NCBI GenBank assembly: GCA_030295235.1
Contig: AP026127.1
Coordinates: 1,178,001-1,242,000 of the forward strand
Reading direction: 5' to 3'
DNA length: 64,000 nt
Source: Fistulifera solaris
Lineage: Eukaryota
Shown here: piece by piece, positions 48,450-61,717 of the stretch
Layout of the letters: each line of letters starts with the position of its first letter
Position numbering within the stretch: the first letter of the stretch is position 1
Made by a program: the position numbers and the translations under genes
Notes under the pieces: model-generated
Databases searched by the model: none
Told to the model about the DNA's origin: nothing
What the model saw: the letters and a program-made list of their open reading frames with translations, nothing else

Positions 48450-49396
48450 TAAGGAAAAATTGTGAAAAATTGTGAGATGAGTGTTTGCTTTTCATCTGCT
48501 TCACCGTACAACATGGCATGCACTTTTCAATGGTCTGGCTCGACGCTTTACTTTTATTTTAATCATTTCAAAGATACTATTATTACAAAGAAGTGTACAT
48601 GGGAGAGATGTTGTGGCAGTCTTCGTCTGCCATACGGAAACTCTATTTGATGATTTTCGTTGATGAATTCACTTCGCTGCGTTTGTCACACCTTGACGCC
48701 AGGCTTCATTTCTATTGCCCGATGCGAACTATCAATTTTATTTACTCGAATGATCGACTTCTTCCGTACTTCACGGAAAGAGTTGCAGATGTAAATTGCT
48801 TGATCGAACGGAGAATCTTGAATGGTACGAGCCACAATCGTAGATAACAATTTGTAAAGACGAAAGGTCAAGACCAGAGCAAGAAAACAACGAAACAGAC
48901 ATTGCGAGAAAAATCGGACATTACAGCGACAAGGTATTGTATGATAAAGGGAAGCTGTGCTTTATCTTACTCTGTTGACGGTGTTGACCCAAATGTTTCG
49001 TCCGGTCGACAGCGCGTGGCTCTGCTCGTTCGCGGTCGTCAGCTTCCGCAAAGCTCTCATTCACCAAGGTCTCGATTAAATCCTACTTTTGGCTTAAAAA
49101 CTGTAGGAAGAGATCCACACGAAAGCTAAAGCTCCGCGGTCGGTGATCATGCAGTATTGATTGTCATCAGCCGAATACCAATCTCATAATAAATGCTACT
49201 TCTTACTAAATCGAAAGAACAATAGGCCTACTTCCTTTCGCAAAGTCTCTTTAGCCTGGGAGTGGGACCTGGGACGCATCTGTTACAACCTCAGCGGCAT
49301 TGAGAGTAGACGCCATCAAGCGCGTCTTTGTGATACGAGTTACACGATAATCGCAAATGAACAAAGAGGCGCGTCAAATATTATTATTTATATTAT

Positions 49397-50088
49397 TTAG
49401 ACTTCTTTTGCAGCAACATCTACAACACCCGCTGGCTCATCTATCACATCCGACGCTGAGTTGTCTGTATTGTAGGAGAGATTCAAGACGGCCGTGAACT
49501 GAATAGGATCTCCTAATTTGTATCCTTTCACCATGTCTTCTACGTTTTCTTTCACTTCCACCTGTCCATCACTCCCTGATAGTGCTTTGAGTCCATGTGC
49601 ATCAACAGCGGCTTCTACTGTTTTGATGATGGCTTCTTGAATAGAAAATTGTGTAATTTGAGGCATGGCGTACGGAGGAACTTGACCCTGGTGAACAGGA
49701 AAAGAGTAAGGCAGTGATTCCAACGAAGCAATTACGCGAAGCATACACAAATACTCTTGTACCTTTCGAAACCCTGGAAAGTTAGCCTTCTTTTTCGCGT
49801 TTTTCAAAAGTTCCGTGTGGTTGTCCTTGATCATATTTCCATCTACGGTCGCTGTCATCCAGAATTGATACGCCGGACCATTTTCACTCTTGACGTTCTT
49901 TAGTTCTTCCATTTTCTTCATACGACATCCCGCCATGGTTTTGAGGGGCGTAACTTCTTCGCCACCCTCTGGTTCCGGTTCCAAGGCCACCGCATGGAGG
50001 GACACGCCGAACGTTCGCACAGTCGGAGATTGTGGCACAACGAAAGCCGATCCGAAAGGAAGAATTAAGAGTAAAGGGAGTTTCTCAT
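49397..50088 (-). CDS. Plastid-targeted trigger-factor ribosome-binding-domain protein; in-frame 75-nt intron 49688-49762
   Basis: GSA|FVVP targeting motif; ANFPGFRK-GQVPP signature after splicing. The ATG at 50088 needs a 1-nt correction. Confidence 0.75.
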
Positions 50089-50836
50089 TCTTGCAACTAT
50101 GGGGAAGAGGAAATAAAATTAGATTGTGTTGATGACAAGCACCATCGTCAAATTGGACCACTGACCTGTCGACCTATCGCATTGTGATGTGGTTTCGATT
50201 TTCTGGGTACGTAGATATACCGCACTTCCAGATTTTCTGTAAGTTGAAGTTGAAAAACACCAAACGCCCAGAATTTTTCTTGGTGAGTGAACCCACAAAC
50301 GCCCAGAGACTTCTTGGTTTTTGGAACAGCACTTCAGAAATTCCGTCTGCTTCAAATAATGACATTTTTCACTTACCATAGTGGAAAGTATTGACTCGGA
50401 GTAGAACTTATCCACGACTGCATTTTAGTCCTTCAATATTTTTTTTTGATTTCCATTTGCCGTCGTTGCAATGAAATACTCCGTAGTCTTTACCGGTAGC
50501 AGCATCTTACATCGTTATAATTTTACGTCGAAGAACCTTGCAAAAGGTTGAGTTCCCTATTTACTAAGACCCAAAGAGATAGCCCTCGCAAATCACGACT
50601 GCATTTCAGTCATGAGGAATGAACCAATACGCGACCTAATATCGTACAAATGCTGTACCATACTTTGTAAGGAATGTACACAAATCCTACGCTCATGGCT
50701 CATGGTACAAACTGTACCATAGGTACAGCAGGAAGATGATAAAATCCACCAAAGCAACCGCTTTACTGGTATAGCCATTCGCCATTCCTATCACGTAACA
50801 ATCGTTCAGCTCGCTCTGAAGAGGATTCCAACTAAA

Positions 50837-51997
50837 ATGGTGTGCTGGGGCGGCTGTTGGGAATGTTTGAAACGAAAGCTAAAACAAGATATTCCGCGTT
50901 ACCGACGTGTCATTCCATGGCGGTGTCCCTTGTTTCTGGCTATTTGGGATGGAGATTGGGATGTAGCGATCCATAGATTAAAAGTAGCTCCGTGGGAAGC
51001 CTTTTACAAAATCGAAGATTCGGAGCGCACACCATTGCATCTGGCTACAATGCCGGGGATTGCCTCGCCTTCGACAGAATTCCTCCTGAAGTTGATCAAG
51101 ATCAATCCGCATGCTGTTCTGGTGTCAGAGAGCGATAACACTGGATCCACTCCAATTCACTTTCTTTGTAGCAACCAATATACCCGGGAAAATTTCTCTT
51201 TAGTACGCATTTTCGTCGAAACAGCGCTGAAGGAACAGGCAAGAACACAAGCTTCAGTCTCTGTACACCGAAGGTCACCGCTGTTCATCGCATCTGTAGG
51301 AAATGTACCTGCTGATATACTTGATATTCTGGTCCAGACGAAAAGATTTGTTCCATGGATAGCGCCATGGACCGGAACAGAAACGATTGAGGAAGAGCAG
51401 CATGCCGATTCGCCTCTCTTGAATTTGTGGAGTAGATGTCGAAGCCATCCGGATTTCTTCCCCGTGAATGATGATTTGATGTCGAAAATGCGCGAAATAG
51501 TCGATTTTGTGCTTGATCGCGACTTGGAAAGCAGCGCGTTGTCAACAAATGGGAGTGAGAATCGTTCGCCTGTGCTGGAGTCATGGGTGCGTATCGTTAC
51601 GCTTTTCCGAAATCCTTGTCACATGGCTACAACACCTACTTTGCTTTATCGCGTAAGCACGTTATATTCACCTTTACCGGATCTTGTCGAAATCGTATGC
51701 CGACTCTTTCCAGAACAGTTACTGGAAGAAGTATCAATCTCATCGAGTTGCTCTGAGATTCCGCTTCATGCCGTCCTGCGCAATGTGTGGTATGATACAA
51801 ACCCCAAATTGATCCAAAATGTCATCCGAACGCTCATGACAGCTCAATCCGAGTCCTTGACACGGATTCATGCTTCAACAAACCTATACACTGTTTTTTT
51901 GGCTGCTTCAACCAACATCACTCTTGATCTTCTGTTTGAAATGATGCGACTTGCACCCAATGCGCTGCAGTTACAGCGTATTGCTTTTTCAGGCTGA
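50837..51997 (+). CDS. Ankyrin-repeat-like hypothetical protein
   Basis: ERTPLHLA, GSTPIHFLC, RSPLFIA and IPLHAV motifs in a 386-aa ORF. Confidence 0.7.
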   Translation: MVCWGGCWECLKRKLKQDIPRYRRVIPWRCPLFLAIWDGDWDVAIHRLKVAPWEAFYKIEDSERTPLHLATMPGIASPSTEFLLKLIKINPHAVLVSESDNTGSTPIHFLCSNQYTRENFSLVRIFVETALKEQARTQASVSVHRRSPLFIASVGNVPADILDILVQTKRFVPWIAPWTGTETIEEEQHADSPLLNLWSRCRSHPDFFPVNDDLMSKMREIVDFVLDRDLESSALSTNGSENRSPVLESWVRIVTLFRNPCHMATTPTLLYRVSTLYSPLPDLVEIVCRLFPEQLLEEVSISSSCSEIPLHAVLRNVWYDTNPKLIQNVIRTLMTAQSESLTRIHASTNLYTVFLAASTNITLDLLFEMMRLAPNALQLQRIAFSG

Positions 51998-52419
51998 AAA
52001 TGTAAACCGGAACGGTCTTGTCATAAAGTCGCTTTCTTCTTACAAGCGTCGTTTAATGGATGGCGTTGTTCGACAGCGAATAGTTTCTAGCCAATGTTTT
52101 GACATTATGGACACCGGACCACAGAGCGTGCACAAATTATAACGGAATTCCTTTGCACGGTCAAAATGAGCAAAATGTTCATCGAGTATCCCTACTTCAG
52201 TTCCCAAATAATTTTCTGTTTATACTATAAAAAATTGAAGAATAAGTCGAAAGAATTTATGTCTGATAAGACTATAAAGTCAGCTTTTCCCTTCAACAAC
52301 AGTAAACCCATGCAGGAAAGCCCTCGGCATTCGGCAGAGACCCAAGGGCGAAGAGGAGATCCTATTTACTGATACGTAGAATGAACTAAATCTATGAATT
52401 TCTTGACGAAAGGAGTGCT

Positions 52420-54918
52420 TTACTCCAGCGTCGGTAAGCCGTACTTCAGTCGATATGATTCATCACATGCGATGGGACTCTCCATTTCAAAAACATAACG
52501 ACATGTTTCAGGTTCATCAGCAGATGTGACCTGATTTTCAATGCCACAAGTGACATGGACTGTGGCGGAACGCTTTGGACCATTCCAGCATTTTGCCCCA
52601 TTTGTCCATTTCCAAACGCGAGTTCCGTCATCTTCCACGCTAGCCCCATCCCATTTTCCAAGATGAGTGCCTCCAGGGCCACCTTCTGACTGGGTCGCTG
52701 AATCATTTAAACAAAGTTTGTAGGTGTATTTCCCGGATTCTATGGAGTGGCATGAATTCTTCATTGAATACAGCTCGCCGTCAGGGCCATGAGATCCGTC
52801 TTTTCCGCCATCTACTAGATCAGCCATATCGGCTATTTTGCTTTGTAAGCTTTCTAACTCCGTTTCAAATGTTGAGATACGAGCATTTAGTTCGTCTCTT
52901 TCATTTTTCGCTTCGTCGTTGTCCACGAGAGTCAGGTCGCCTAGAATGGTGTGAAACAAGTCAAACTCATCGCGACCACTAAGAACATAAAATCCACCGT
53001 AGCCGTTTGGAATATCTCCAGATAACGCGTCTTCTCCATCTTCTACCACGCAAGATTGCTGAGCTTGCTGTAAAAGTCCAATGCAAGCTTCCTCTGCTGC
53101 TTTCAATATTTCCGTCGACGGTATACCAATAGAGTTACGTCGGATAGTCGTCGGTGGACAAGTAATATGTGCTTTGCAAGTTTTCGACTCCCCGTCCACA
53201 ATTCGTAGCTCTGGGACCACGTTTGCAAGTAGCTCCCAAAATTGTAAGGAAGATAAATTTCCATGGATCAATGTGCCTATCAACAGGGATTGGAGCACTG
53301 CGCGTAAGTTAGGCGGGTTGCTTGCATCAAGTTCATCCATTAATACCTTTGCCGAAACCGCATAGTCGAGACCTGTTTTATAAAGAAAAGCATGAGTTAG
53401 CGAGCGCGGACACGACTACGGATCGACGAATGTTAAAAAACCGACATCCACGATACAATGCAACATACCGGTCTGGATAACTCGACTGCGATCGTCAAGC
53501 TTGTTGCGGATGAAAGGAAGAGACACGGGGTCGATCACTGGACCAGGGCCACTATTACCACTCTCTTCAATATCCTCAGTCATATTTGTGTCTCCTTCGG
53601 CGGTCTCTTTCATTGCGTCAATCACTGCGATTACTTTCTCGGCCTTTTGCCGCAACGCAACTCGACTCAACGAATATGGTTGCCCTAAAATAAGCTGTTC
53701 AAGTTGCAGTCGTCGTTCTTCTTGTTCAGACTTTTTGGCTTGCTTACTTGAATTGCGTGATGTCTCTTTTGTCGGTTTACGATCGTCGTCAATGTCGTCC
53801 TCGTCATCTCCTTCATCGTTCTCTGGTTCCACCTCTGTGAGTCGACGCCTTTGTGACTTATCATTAAGAGTGTTAGCCTTGTCAAGTGATTGCTGTGTCC
53901 AGGCAGGAGAACCCGTATGTTGTACATTAAAGTCGAGAAGCTCCGCTAGCAGTATCTTGTCAACAGCTTCGTCCATAGACTTTGGCTTGTAGGTAGTTGA
54001 CTCCCAAATCAGGCCTGCGTCGAGTCCGGCCAATCGCAACGGAACACACGTTGTCGAATCAGTGCCTTTGCTACTAGCACTGGATTTCGCGTCTCTTTCT
54101 TCCAAAGGATACATGGTCTGCATCTCGCCTGCCGTTTGACACGCATGCACAATCATCCAACCAAGCTCATCGGTTGATAATCCGTTCAAAATTCCTGTTT
54201 CAGGATCCGTGGCAATCTTCGCTGTTCGTTCCTTTATCTGTTCAAGCCGCTGCTCCAGTCTCTTTATTTTCCATTGTGCAAGTTGGTCTTTTGCCTCGTT
54301 CAAACGAGACTCCAATGATTTTATTCGACTCCGCTCAACTTCCAGATCAAGTGCTGTCTTTTCGCGAAGTTCTGAATAGGATGCGAGTTCCTTCTTTCTG
54401 ATCAACGATCCCTCCCGGAAAGCGTGCAATCGTCGTTCCATTTCCTGTCGTTCCGCCGCCAGTACTTCGTCGCATATATCTTGACAAACACCCGGTGCTT
54501 CATCCGCCCCACTGCAACAATCACAAATTCCGTCCTGTACTTTCGAAAGGGATATGTGTAGCTGAGCCTGTCCCGGGCAGTGATATTTAGATGTACTGGT
54601 TTGTTTCAAAAATTTGTAAGACTACGACATCACAATGAACGAATTTAGACCGTCGATGTTCATTATTTCTACTTACCTCGCAGTGTCGGCATGAATGCCA
54701 GGCCAGTTCGCTGACCCCGAGCAAGCGTTTGTTTCCGTTTCATCTAAGCCTGAAGTCGGACAGTCACAATATCCATCGTTGATTCGATCTGGAGGAATTT
54801 GAATTAGTTTTTCATTGTCTCCCCACCCGAAAGGACATTCGAGAAGTTGGGCAAACGTTGCGCCGAGGGAATTGAGGAGAAGAACGATAACAAGATGATT
54901 TTTCCGATTGCTTTGCAT
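52420..54918 (-). CDS. Glucosidase II beta subunit (PRKCSH-like), 3 exons
   Basis: Signal peptide; RINDGYCDCP..DETETNAC and VQDGICDCCSGADE; coiled coil; MRH domain YTYKLC..GAKCWNGPKRS..EPETCRY..SPIAC. Confidence 0.9.
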
Positions 54919-55596
54919 CCTACTTTCTTAGCTTTCGACCTTTGAAATGATTTCCTGACTTGTTAACAATGCTAGAGCCTTTTCTTTATGAATGATGGAG
55001 GGCTTCGAATGATAATGGATAATAAACAATCATCGCAATAGCATCAACAAAAACACACATACGCGAAGGTGACGAGCGCGGAGATATTACTATAGTCCAA
55101 AGTGTCATGTGGGTCAATTTTTGGCAAGATTGAAATCAAGTCACGAGACAGGGACTAAACTATATTTTTCCCTCTTCTAGCTAGTCGATATTCACTGGCT
55201 TCCGTCCGCTAAAACAGTTTTAAGAAATAATGCTATACAAAAGCAAAAAATACTGCTGGATAAGAGAACCAAACTTTTGCATATCACCCATCAGATAATC
55301 TTCATGACTTATATAAAAGTCGATTGACTCGAGTCCGAAGTTATAGCATGAACTTGAGATCCTATGCTAAGAAACACCCAAAATATAGAATCATTTCTGT
55401 TTGAATCCGTCTGCAGAACCAATGTCACAGAGTAGCAAAAACTAAGGTTCACATGCTACTGCCCATTATTAATATATTTGTTCTTAATCCTCACGATCTC
55501 GGAACAGCAGGTAAAACAAAGGGTAGAAAATATTCTGATGATAAATTAGCCATCCGCATGGATGTTTCTATTATTACAATTTTATGAGTGCGCGGC

Positions 55597-57956
55597 CTAC
55601 TCCTTATTGCCGCTTTGCATATTCTTTTCTTTTTGCGAGGGCTTTGCGAACTCTAAAAAGGCAGCCCCGTCGTCTCGATCGCGGGCGATTTTAGTAGCAA
55701 AATCGCGATCGCCGTGTCGCAAAACGTTATCCAATCGAGGTAACAGCGCCACAGGTATTCGTTTGATTCTGACCAAGTACATGAAGCGACTTCTAATAAC
55801 TCGGTCCAGCGGATAAGAAAAGTAAGCAGGGAAACGAGACACCTCAAAACGAGGATCCGTGGTTACCGCCTTCAAGAATTCCCATTTCGGCTGCAGCTCT
55901 TGTTTGACTGAGTAGCCAAGGACCGGAGGAAGCCTAGTGACAAACCTGCCAATGTTCCGTATACCCACAGTCTCTCTCAAGAATTGTTCGACAGGTTTTA
56001 TTTGTGTTTCAATATCCATTGTCAGGATTGCAGGAAATGATCTGAAAATGAGGGGCATACTTTCTTCGTCCACGCCCAAATGCTTTAAGTAATCGACCAC
56101 TCTTTGCATTTCTTCACGCGGCTTGCCCAGTAGTAATGGGTACAGCTGAAGCACTCGAGGAAGATCGTCTTCCCACATACCGAGATCTTCCATCAAATAC
56201 TTGGCTGTCGGTAAGATTTGTTCTTTTGCATCGAGCAGCAGCACCGAAGGATAAGCAGCGATGACTTTGCCGAGATCGGAAGTCCCAATTTCGTTTCGTA
56301 GCGTCCAAGCCGTTTCACTCATTTTCTGGTAAGTTCGATTGATTCGCTCTCGTCGGGTCTGACTTTCCCGGCCATACAATGCCGACAAAACACTTGGATC
56401 TGCGTCAGAGTCACCAAACAATGAAGATTCCTTATCACTTAATCCTGCAATTCCAGCACCAAACGAAGTCGAGTTTTCTGCGAGATTCAAAGCCGTCTTT
56501 TCAAGTCTGTTTTGCGTTACCAATCGAGGAACAGGAGCAACAGTATCCAGTAGCTCTTGGCAACCAGGCCGGCGTAATAGAGGACCGATACTTTCTACCG
56601 GCATACGCACGGCATCACTGGCAAGAAACGCTATTAGTCGGAAAACGGAAGCAGGTGACCTCGAAAAAGAACTGGAAGATGATTGCCCTGATTGCGAGCG
56701 AGTGACTTGGCCGACACCGACAACTGAACAAAAGGGCTACCATTTCCATAGCCGATCTAGACCCTCTCATGGTCAAGAGACCTGGAGTCCGACGAAGTAC
56801 CTTTCGAGCTTCATATCTGCGCAGACGGAGTGTGCCACACAATAGATCTACTAACACCCGGTGTAACGTTTCTTGGAGCGTTTCCCCTTCCGACGAACTT
56901 GCAGCGTCCGTTTCGCCTTCTCCTGCACCTTGAATAGGTCTCGCTTGCATCAAAGCAATACCCGGTGAATGAATAAGAATTTCTGCAATATCTCTCACCG
57001 AGAGTCCGTATTCCAGCATCAAATCCACGACATTTTCAAAATTATTTTGCAAAGGGCGAGGCGCGGCAGAAATACCCACAGGAAAATCGTCGACTGGTAA
57101 ATTTGTTTCTTCAACGCCTTCTACCAACCAAACGCGATCTCTTTGTTTGAGAAATTCTCGAACCCTTCTTCGGGCCGTCCGTGCCAAGGCTTGTGACTGC
57201 ACGCGGTCTCCCGCCGTGATTGCCAACGCTTCCAGTTCTGTCGCATCGTCGGCATGCGACATTAAAACCCGAGCCACGCGATTACTATTGAACTGTCCTA
57301 ACCAGTTTTGGTCGCTGGTGGTGTCACCCGCTGTATCCGTTTCTCCCGAAACTGTATCCATCCAAATGGAATCATCATTGTCGTTTGGTTCATTTATTTT
57401 TGTTGCCAGTGATGATGACAAGTAAGCAGCAAATGCATTCGCTCCCAGAGCTGCCCCATCATCTATGGAAAGTGATGGAACTAACTCTGGCTCGTTGTTT
57501 GACTTGAACTCGTTTCTTTCGGGACTTTCGGTCGCTTTTTGTTGTGTTTCTCGTGATGTTTGTTGCAGCAATGGTTGTTGCGTTTCTTCTTCTTGGATCC
57601 GTTGCAGTTGTCGAGCTTTCTTTTGCGCACTCACGAATCTCAGTAAATTGGAGTCCACTAACGGCGTTCGACGAGGCGGAGGCTTTTTATTGTTGGCACC
57701 TTTTCTTTTCCGTCGCGCTAAATCAAGATCTAAATCGGAACTCGTCCTACTTGTTTGTATTGTGATCCAAGCGGCGGTGTTTCCTGTACGAGATAGACGG
57801 GTTTTGTATGAATGAGACGCCCTCTTAGCGTGTTGTGCATTCGTTGGCAAAGTAATGTGACATACCTTTCGAAGAGCGTTGAGGAGGTGATTTGGAATGA
57901 AATGCTGTGCATATTACTCCCATAAGAGCAGTTGCCAAGAGTGATATTTGCCTCAT
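55597..57956 (-). CDS. Plastid-targeted mTERF family protein; intron ~57784-57865, frameshifts near 56610-56720
   Basis: MRQISLLATALMGVICTA|F signal; repeats such as YPSVLLLD, FPAILTMDIETQIKP, LPPVLGYSVKQELQPKWEFL and FPAYFSYPLDRVIRSR. Confidence 0.85.
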
Positions 57957-58648
57957 GGCCTCTCTTTTAGACAATGTGTTTGTCTATTTACCCCTTCTAT
58001 TGATTCTTCTTGTATAAATGAAACGTCAATCCATTGACTTTTACCAGTAATTACCTTCACCTGCCTGTGTTGCGGTTTTTATCTTATTGGTGCTCTCCTT
58101 CCAATCGTTCCACCTTTTCCCTCGTTGTAGGTAAACCGTGAAGTGTGACGTCGTCCTACTTCAAAGTGATTTTAGCAAACAGCAACCGCTACTTGACTAT
58201 TAAGCAAGAAACGTCTACGTTCCAGGCCAATGATCGTCGAAAACGCACTTCAACTTGATCGTCGTCAGAAGAGGGACTGGAATTTGATTGGGGACGTCAC
58301 GCGGAGAACTTTGCGGAAGAATTTCTTTCGCAAGACTCAAATAGCGCTTGACGGATCGATGGACAGGTTACCAGGTACGACCAGCAAAAGAGAAAAGATC
58401 GCCGGCTTCGGCGAATGACGTGTGTGGCGAACGGAGGGAGCGCAGACATATTATTTACTATGTAAGTAAGAGTACTGGTACCTTTCCTACGCTCGAATGC
58501 GGTGGCCAAACGACTTTGTGCGAGACAAAAACAACGAGCAATAACGCAAAACAACGCGGTCTTTCATCACGCAACAACGATTCTTTAGTATTGCGTCGTT
58601 CTTTTTTTCATCTTGTATCAAACGATAAACAAACGAATCATTATCACC

Positions 58649-59464
58649 ATGAAGCTTTCTGCATCCATTCTGGCGGTTCTTGCCGTTAGCGCCTCGGCTT
58701 ACAATATGCCGACCCGTTCCACTCTCCGCAGCATGAGTGTGAAAACGGTGAGCGCCCCCGTAGCTTTGGGACGTTCGTCTTCTTCCTCTATTAAGATGGA
58801 AGGTAAGTATTATGCTACAATCTTGTTTAAAGCGTCAATTTCACTCATCAACTCACATTTTTTCAGATTTCGGACTTTTCAAGGGCACCAAATTGTCGTT
58901 TGATGATACTTGGGATGGTATTGAGGCTATTTCGGAAGTTGGTTTGGAGAAGCGCCTGAACAAAGATGGTCTTCGCTACAAAATGAACCGAACGGAAAAG
59001 GAGGCTAACGAAGTCGGCCGTTTGTACAATCTTCCTGGTTTCACTGTCAACTTACCTTTGATTGGAGAGACATACTTGGGACCACCCAAGGTGGAAAGCA
59101 TTTGGGAGGCATTGGGCTTCACGGCGACTTCCAACAACCCCGCCCGCCAAAAGAAAAGCTCAAAGCCATCGAAAAGGCTCGTGAGGCCCAGTATGGTGTT
59201 CGAGGTGGACCCGGAAAATCGATTCGTGCGGAATGGTTGAAGAAGTACGGTTACCCTCGTCTCGTAGGATCGGGAGGTATTTTCTATGCGGATCAGCTCT
59301 CTACCGACGAGCAACCAATGGGCGGATTCAACATGGGTAAATCGGGTGAAATGTGGCCGGTTCCCAAGGTTGTCAAGGAAGGAAACTACGGAGGATCCAA
59401 AGGATGGGGAATGAAGAAGATGGGTCTCACGGTGGACGGACTTCCTCCTCAAAAGAAGATCTAA
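58649..59464 (+). CDS. Plastid-targeted protein of unknown function; intron 58803-58866, frameshift near 59150
   Basis: MKLSASILAVLAVSASA|Y plus a Ser/Arg-rich transit peptide ending IKM; mature part DFGLFKGT..LRYKMNRT..IWEALGFTATSNN..KYGYPRLVGSGGIFYADQLS. Confidence 0.75.
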
Positions 59465-60052
59465 AATAATAGCTAGAATATAGCGATCGTTTGTTTTGCT
59501 ATTTCAATTCTTGTTTTGATTATTGAGCGTGCTACTGTGATTGACTTATCTTGCCGTTCAGCAACACTATATAAACCGTCCTATGCTTGCGCTTTGTACT
59601 CCGGGGTATCAAACAAAGAAAGAGTCGTCGAACGGAATGGTTCCAACGACTTTTAAATTAAAGTAGGTTGTGTGAGTGGAAATCTAGCATGACAATCCAA
59701 GTAAGGAGGTCTCAGTTCGCAACATGCTTGATGCTTTGATAGCTAGGGCCCGTTCTTAGGCAGAGCTAAGGAGCTAGGTCTTCGTGGCGTCGGCCAGACC
59801 TTACAAAAAGGAGCAACGTCAGTCTATCCGCCTTGACACCAAACGATCGTGGACAGTGGGTCACGTACACGGCGTCATCCGAGACTACTCTTTCATGGAG
59901 ACTACCGATTCAGGACACAAAACGGTCGTCTCGCGTCCTCCGATCGGAGGTTGGAGGAAAAAAAATTGCATTGAAGCAAAAATCGAACTGCTGTGTCAAG
60001 CAATTGATACACTTGCTGCTTGCTTCATTCATCAGCGACACTCACAGCAGCT

Positions 60053-61717
60053 ATGCGTCGACCTATTTGGTGTCCTTCTTGGTGTTTCCTTTTCCTAGCG
60101 TTTACACGGAATGGAGTATCGCTGACTTCGGCTTGGGGATGGAAACGAAGCATCGGTGCGTCGCAACGCAGTAATCTTTTGATTACAAGCGAGAGTGACA
60201 CTTCTCTTTCGCTCACAAAGAGTGACCATTTACCAAGAGGCGGTGCAGTACTGAATGAGACGTCTTTGAATGATGCTGGTAAAGTTGCCGTCGAAGATCC
60301 TGCTGAAGTAAGTAAGATTCATGAAGCATCGGAAGTCCTTCCGACTATCTTCTCACTCAATTTCTTTCGTTTTGAAGAATCGAGGTCCTTTACGAGTCTT
60401 GTTTCTATCGGCAGATACCGGAGGTGGCCATCGTGCCTCAGCCGAGTCACTGGCAAAACAGTTTCTAATTCATTATCCGGGTAGCAACTATGAACTCTTG
60501 GATATTTGGACTCCATGCGGAGTTTATCCCTACCGTACGCTTGTCCCTTCCTATCAGCATCTTTCCGCAAGCCCTAAACAGTGGCGAGTCCTCTACCATG
60601 CGTCAAATACATTACCCTGGGAGATTTTGATGGATCTTCATAGTACCTTTTTATGCGAAAAAGGAATTCGAAAACGCATCGCTGAATATGATCCTGATGT
60701 AATAGTATCCGTCCATCCCGCAATGAATTATGCACCAATGAGGTCAGCGCAGAAACTTTCCAAGTTATATGGAAAGCATATTCCTTTCTTCACTGTTGTA
60801 ACTGACTTGGGTTCCGGGCATGCAACGTGGTTCCAAAAGAATGTTGATAAGCTGTATCTGGCATCGGAGCGACTTTATCGATTGGCCAAACGCCGTGGAG
60901 GTACCCCGGACGATCGAATCGTCATGACCGGATTGCCGATTCGCCACGATTTCACTGTACAGGCAGATTTGTTAGGGCGTGACCGGTATAGTGCCTTCGG
61001 GAAAGAGTATCAGAAACAGGTCCGACTAAAGCTGCTGCCCGGTGTGGACCCGGAAAAGCCGGTAATACTGCTCATGGGAGGAGGTGAAGGTGTCGGGCGC
61101 TATCGGAAATCGTGGACGAACTGTACACCACATTGGTTCTCAAGGGAGTTGATGCGACAATTTGCGTCATTTGCGGTCGGAAACGAAAAGCTCAAGGATA
61201 GTTTGAATAATCGCGATTGGTCATCCGTTTCGGAAAAGCTGGCAGCTGGTAATAGAAATAAGCGGACGTAAGAAGAGGAGTCGCTGGTTTGGCAAACGTC
61301 CTCCATTGCAGCCCATTGTCAAGAATGAACAATCCGGGAAAGTGGATGTGATTGGATTGGGCTTTTTAACAAATATTGCTGAATACATGGTCGCCCCGAC
61401 CATTTTGCTCAGCAAAGGCGGGCCCTGGAACAATAGCAGAAGCTGCTTCGGTAGGACTACCTATTCTAATGACGAGCTTTTTACCGGGACAAGAAGCTGG
61501 AAATGTTGATTTTGCGGTCGAGAAAGGCTTTGGCGAGTACTGCGATGAGCCGGTATACATAGCCGAAATAGTATCTCAGTGGTTAGAGCAACCAGACCTA
61601 ATTCGAGAAATGAGTCAAAAGAAGCATGCTGTCGGTCATCCCGAAGCTGCATCAGAGATCGTTCAAGATATCGGGTCGATTACTCACACATGGAAAGTCT
61701 TGAACAAGCAAGCCTGA
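60053..61717 (+). CDS. MGD: Monogalactosyldiacylglycerol (MGDG) synthase, GT28; one intron ~60308-60377 and several frameshifts
   Basis: LFLSADTGGGHRASA, PDVIVSVHP, FFTVVTDLGS, GLPIR, LMGGGEGVG, KAGPGTIAEA and LPGQEAGNV. Confidence 0.92.
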
